From NCBI RefSeq assembly GCF_001194135.2, contig NC_068983.1:35988429-36052428 (forward strand): a stretch of DNA of 64,000 nucleotides, read 5' to 3'. This DNA comes from Octopus bimaculoides. Taxonomy: Eukaryota. Below are positions 62,420 through 64,000 of the stretch, piece after piece; the stretch's first letter is position 1; the number at the start of each line of letters is the position of its first letter. Both the position numbers and the translations under genes were made by a program. A model generated the notes under the pieces. The model searched no databases. It worked only from the letters and a program-made list of their open reading frames with translations, and was not told the DNA's origin.

Positions 62420-63095
62420 ATCACCTGGATCCGTAAGATCAAGGTGGTGGCCAGGCTACAAGGCATCGATGATGTAACAGGTCTCATGGCCCTGAACCTA
62501 GAGGGATTTGCTAAGCTGGGAATGGTCAGATGGACAGGGGTTGATGAGTATGCTGCTGAGGTTCAGAGACTGGCCATGCTATCTGGTTTTACTGGAGAGG
62601 GTCTAGAGAAGGAGGTACAACTGGCCTTTGTAAATTGCTTTCCCGACGACATATCAGTGTGACTGCAACAACTGCCAGGTAGTGAAAAAATGGCGATGAG
62701 CGAGCTCATTGCTGAAGCTCACATGTCAACACAAAACACCAGGTGGAAGGCAGTGGTGATGGCAGCTGCAAAAGCCTGTGACGTAGTGCAACAACCGGTA
62801 AAGAACAAGGAAGAAAAACTGCGACAGTGACCATTCATGAGCCGGTGCTTCAAGTGCCAGGGACTGCATAGAGACGAAGCCAGGAGCCGTTTGTTACTGG
62901 TGCAGGTAGACTGGGCATATCACTCGAAACTGCAGCCAGGGAAAAGGCCACAGGAAAGTTGCTGCTTCTCAAACTTACCCTGCAAGCAAGTAGAGGCACT
63001 TGTACAGTCACTACCCATAGTTGAAGTCATGGTTGGGGGAAAGACTTCAAAGCCCTCATGTATACAGGCTGTACAACATCTCTTGTGACCCCAAG
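62420..63095 (+). mobile_element. Degenerate LTR-retrotransposon gag-protease fragment (Gypsy-like)
   Basis: WIRKIKVVARLQGIDDV.., CCHC knuckle CYWCR*TGHITRNC, protease-like PIVEVMVGGK..KALMYTGCTTSLV (D-T-G decayed to YTG); stops and frameshifts. Confidence 0.75.
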
Positions 63096-64000
63096 AGTGA
63101 CCAATAGAATAAGTACCAGGCTTTAAAAAAATAAATACTTGAGTTAATTCATCTGATTAAAATTTCTTCAAGGCAGTGCCCCAGCATGGCCACAGTCAAA
63201 TGGTTGAAACAAATAAAAGACAAACAATAAAACTTCAATGGTTATCCAGACAATTTGAATTTCATTATGAAATAATTTGTTAGTGAGGTACAAATAATAT
63301 TCCCGCTTCAGCACCTCTGAGTTTATTCACTCTAACAATAGTATCCAAATTTTGTCAACAAAATTTGATTAACTTTTGCTTCTAAGCTTGTATATCTCAT
63401 TCTATGACACCACCATATCATCCTACTGGTAACAGACAACCAGAGAGACATAATGGAGTGATATGGAAATCTACTGAATATATACTACACTCCCAAAACT
63501 TTGGAAATGAAAGTCGTTCTTCCTGAGGTATTTGCAGCTAACCATTAGACCCTTATGTAATGGAAAGTATGATTAATTAATCCTTATTTTGCAATATTTT
63601 GAAAGCCTGATGAATGAACTAATACCAATGTCAATGACATCACTTGCTCAGGATGCAGTTAAATCAACTGCCAAACATGTTTGTAATTGAAATTAAAGAA
63701 TTCAACAGGCTAAAGACGTCACCTGAAGTGATTCAGAATTAAAACCATTTCATATGAGAAAAAACACCTAGTTGTTATTATGACATTGATTGGAGTAATA
63801 AAATGTTATTTATGACCTCAAATAATGTGGTGACAAATGTTATGATAAATGTGAGTCTTTACTTAATCTTATGATAAATCTTAATCCTTGACTTAATGTT
63901 TCTTTATAAATCTCATATCATTTTTACTGTTGTATATTCTCACTAATTATCATAGCTTATTGAATAAAAGATTTACTTTAAAACTTCTTACAACACATGT

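Noticed and set aside
6520-63620. Other CTGATGA-type motifs (~6523, 11549 minus, 12190, 33990, 40185 minus, 57606, 60844, 63607) as hammerheads
   Set aside because: No paired helix II with GAAA and closing helix I; the 6523 copy is the Tc1 SDE codons

Overview
AT-rich, microsatellite- and SINE-dense animal genomic DNA with two N-gaps. The SINE families and composition look octopus-like; this is an inference and the species cannot be fixed from sequence alone. Two intact, intron-rich genes lie tail-to-tail. NUP93 is on + (23 coding exons, 10442-44898, 821 aa, all GT-AG, reading frame closes across every junction). ARL2BP/BART is on - (6 coding exons, 53559-45880, 156 aa). The rest is mostly transposon debris: several SINE families, Tc1 and mariner relics, RTE-type LINE fragments, TA-, TTAA- and 8-bp-TSD MITEs, a solo LTR with a 5-bp TSD, and a degenerate gag-protease. 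The most unusual signal is a set of at least six sequence-unrelated type I hammerhead-ribozyme folds with a short palindromic helix III, of the Penelope/retrozyme type. Three sit as outward-facing twins inside ~290-305 bp fold-back elements. Across families the catalytic 3-8 tertiary pair covaries (C3-G8, U3-A8, G3-C8). The well-formed copies lie outside the two genes, and the intronic copies are core-mutated. All folds were read by eye, and no cleavage activity is demonstrated.
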